DNA of 62,909 nt, counting the filler, from Platydemus manokwari (lineage: Eukaryota), in the NCBI GenBank assembly GCA_037951405.1. It is 5 parts of 5 records of this genome, joined end to end, with 100 filler letters (N's around TTAATTAATTAA, not from the genome) between each part and the next. Parts side by side here need not be neighbours in the genome. Positions count along the whole stretch, not along the records: positions 52,110 to 62,909 come from JBBMOY011104553.1; 4 more parts are not named here. One strand, 5' to 3'. How positions within the stretch are numbered: position 1 is the stretch's first letter; every line of letters begins with the position of its first letter. The notes below the pieces were generated by a model. The model had not been told where the DNA came from and did not search any database. It worked only from the letters and a program-made list of their open reading frames with translations. Shown one piece after another: positions 53,249 through 62,909 of the stretch. The position numbers and the translations under genes are program-made.

Positions 53249-53900
53249 TTATTCCTCCTTTGGAGTAACTTTCTTTCCAACTGTCTTCAATCTTTTACGA
53301 GCTTGTCTCAAAGCGTGGAAAGCACCGAATTTCTTTTCTTTGTCAGATGGAACTCGTGCAGATTCTATACGTACATCATTTCTAACCTTGATGATATCGT
53401 GAGGATTTCTTTGAACAGCTGAGGCACATTCTTCAGTCTAATTTAATTTTTAAATAATTCTTTTTACTAAATATAAAATTTACAGTGTTTTCTCCCTTAG
53501 TTGGCTTCAATGGATTTCTTGGGAAAACCAAAAGGTTGTTCATATAGGCCTTAAGTCTTTGTACATTGACTTGTTTGCCTTCCAAAGACATATTTCTACG
53601 TCTGTGGTCTACACTGATACCAATTTGTCTGGCATAATTTCTATTAATGCCGGCTTCTTTAAGCTCATCAAGAGAGAATCCTCTACCAAGTCTAGCCTTC
53701 ATATTATATCTGTTGGTTGGGCATCTAACAGTTGGTCTGAATTTTTTCAATGGTCTAGGAGCCAATGCAACAGCTTTAGCCTTTCTGTTGTTGGATCTAC
53801 GCAATTTTCTGGCAGGTTGGTTAAAGTTAGTCTTAACCATTGGTTGCCAGTCTTTGTGGTAGTGGACATTGGCAATTTGATTATGTCTGTTAAGTCCCAT
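53249..53900 (-). CDS. RPL13: 60S ribosomal protein L13 (eL13)
   Basis: Exons 53484-53900 and 53249-53437 with a 46-bp intron. Motifs [39 protein letters not shown] and [11 protein letters not shown] are present. The ORF is complete. Confidence 0.98.
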
Positions 53901-54948
53901 ATTTCTATTTGTTAAATATTCAAAAATTTATTATATCTTTATATACCAACTTACTATTTTAAAATAATTTTAAACTATATGTTTAGTTTATTAAAACAAT
54001 TTTTACTGCTTATTAATTAACGTTTATTAAAAATCCTTTTTTATTATATAAAATTAATAATATTGTGAATTTATTATAATTAAACGTATTATTAAATAAC
54101 TTAGAGATAAAAGTTATCCCATAATAAGAAAACACGATAACTACCTTTTCTGAATGAAATCTTAATATGTAAATATTCTAGACTTCAAGAAAGTTACTCT
54201 GGTTTTTGAATTTTTTTGAAAATTAAAAATATACTGTTTATATTCAGTACAAATGTCAGTAAATCAAATTGTAATAGTCAACAAGTATGTTGGTTTACAT
54301 AGGAGTCTTTAATCATGAACAAAATGCCTAAGTAAAAAAAATATAAATAAAACTTATTGTGTATAAATGTGTTTAATATTTCATCACGATACCTAAATAT
54401 CTTCACAATGGACCAAAAGTTTTCCAATAATATTCTATCACAAAAGAAAATCTACATAAATAAATTTGAAAAAGAAATCGTTTTAAGTTTTTACGAGATC
54501 AGTTTAATGTGAAATAAAATTTTCAAGATCTATCATTCTGAATAATTTCAATCAAAAAATGAGAAACTTCAGAAAGATGTGTATGAGAGTTATTTAAGTG
54601 AATTTCAAAAGTTGGAGAAGTTGGAAGTCCTTTTTTTTAAAAGTTTTTGAAATAAGTATTATAAAAATTCTCGGGTGATAATAAGAAAAAATCTAAAGAT
54701 ATTACAATTCAATATTTAAATCCATTTACCAGCCATTATCCTNNNNNNNNNNAGAAATACTCATTCTATCAAGATGTGTTATCAACCAATGATTTGTTTG
54801 TAAAGATATATAGACATAATGGCAATATTTATAATGAATATGTTCATATTTATATATTTTGTATTAAAAGAACTAGAGTACAGTAATTATAGATTGAAAT
54901 TTAAGGCAAGATACAAACAAATTTACGATGAAAATGATGCATATTAAA

Positions 54949-61823
<6,875 letters not shown>

Positions 61824-62049
61824 CTGCAAAAAATAACTTAAAAATTGATCAGAGAAAATAATATCGAAATTGATTAATCCAAACAAAAATAATATCAAAA
61901 TAATCAATAATTCATTCATCAGTTAATAACATTTTTGTTGGAAAAGGTATTTTTATGCTGTATCTAAATGAGAGTGAATTATAACTTTTATTTCCTCAAA
62001 ATTACTTAAAAATCTAAAAAAATAAAGATAACAATTTCGTTTTTTAATG

Positions 62050-62909
62050 GCTTCAACTGACAATAGGCTGTCTTTGCATCGTCATATTTATAAATCATGT
62101 TTTTTTGTAATAAATTTTAACTTGATGTTCTATTTCTTCAATTGAATCTATCAATTTTTGCTGATTGATATTGATCAATTCCTGTGTAATATTTGTTGTG
62201 TAAACATGTTCTTTATCAGATTTAACCTTTAATTTATGTTGCCTTTGAATGATTGGTTATCATGCATATATTAAATGTTTAGGAAAAGCAATATGTGTTT
62301 TCAACTGGAAAGTATAGCTAGCAATAACAAGCTAATTAGTTATTATCCAGTTAGAGTGATATTTTGCACAATTGTATTACTGTCCTTTCTATTGATGCCT
62401 GGGTCAGGATTAGGAGAAGTTCAACTTATCATCGAGTGAGCAGTGTAATCAGCTGCATCAGAATATTAAGATGGTAGTTGGTAATTCTGGGAGTAAAATT
62501 TTGCTGTCGTTAATGATAATGTGATTTGAATGGTTTGGGTAATTTCTAAGTTAGATTAGTTAATTAGTTAAAACTGGAAGTTAATTAGATTAGTTTGTCG
62601 GAGGGTTTTTAGGAGGCAAATGATGATTTATTTTTGTCAGTTTTGGTAGAGTAGATGGGGTAGGTGTCTTTTAATAGGATACAGGTAAGGAAAGATGGAG
62701 TAAAATCGATATATTTATTGTTCAGGCTTATAAGATTGGCATATTTTATCGTTTAGAGGATCCCAGAGCTGAATACACCAATATTTAGGACGCCGAAGTG
62801 TATTTTATGCCCAGTAGTCTTACAGATTTCTGATGTATTAGGCTGAGTCAAAAGTTATTCATGTTTTTTAGTTGTTTAAAGTTTTTGTTTTACCAAATCA
62901 TTTAAACAT
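62050..62909 (-). mobile_element. Decayed retroelement-like fragment, probably intronic in the ABCC gene
   Basis: G/T-skewed plus strand like 13200-17090. The minus strand near 62830-62800 reads EICKTTGHKIH, a decayed zinc-knuckle-like motif. Confidence 0.3.

Noticed and set aside
53559-53915. Plus-strand ORFs overlapping RPL13 (also 20910..21188, 9916..10131, 24153..24338 and 50305..50589 opposite other genes)
   Set aside because: These are antisense shadows of real exons with no independent motifs.

Overview
Very AT-rich eukaryotic (metazoan) genomic DNA, not prokaryotic. The genes are split by GT-AG introns, many only 38-60 bp long. This architecture suggests a triclad flatworm (planarian) draft assembly, which is an inference. 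Four N-gaps carry an artificial TTAATTAATTAA spacer, and several genes are cut off at these gaps. Host genes found by manual exon joining: an ankyrin-repeat L-asparaginase/60-kDa lysophospholipase (5' part missing), casein kinase I gamma (3' part missing), a flavin reductase/BLVRB-like SDR, an intact CRAL-TRIO gene plus an inverted pseudogenised duplicate, an acid-sphingomyelinase-like membrane protein that has lost its metal-binding motifs, TRAPPC8 (3' part missing), RPL13 and the 3' half of an ABCC/MRP transporter. Intergenic DNA and long introns contain decayed mobile elements: a gag remnant, an RT-bearing non-LTR-like element, a Maverick/Polinton-type PolB fragment with an endonuclease VII motif, an internally deleted Tc1/mariner element, LTR-like and MITE-like repeats. 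I found no rRNA, tRNA or CRISPR array, and no convincing new multi-gene system. The most interesting items are the predicted SMPDL3-like pseudoenzyme, the inverted CRAL-TRIO gene/pseudogene pair and the Polinton-like fragment.
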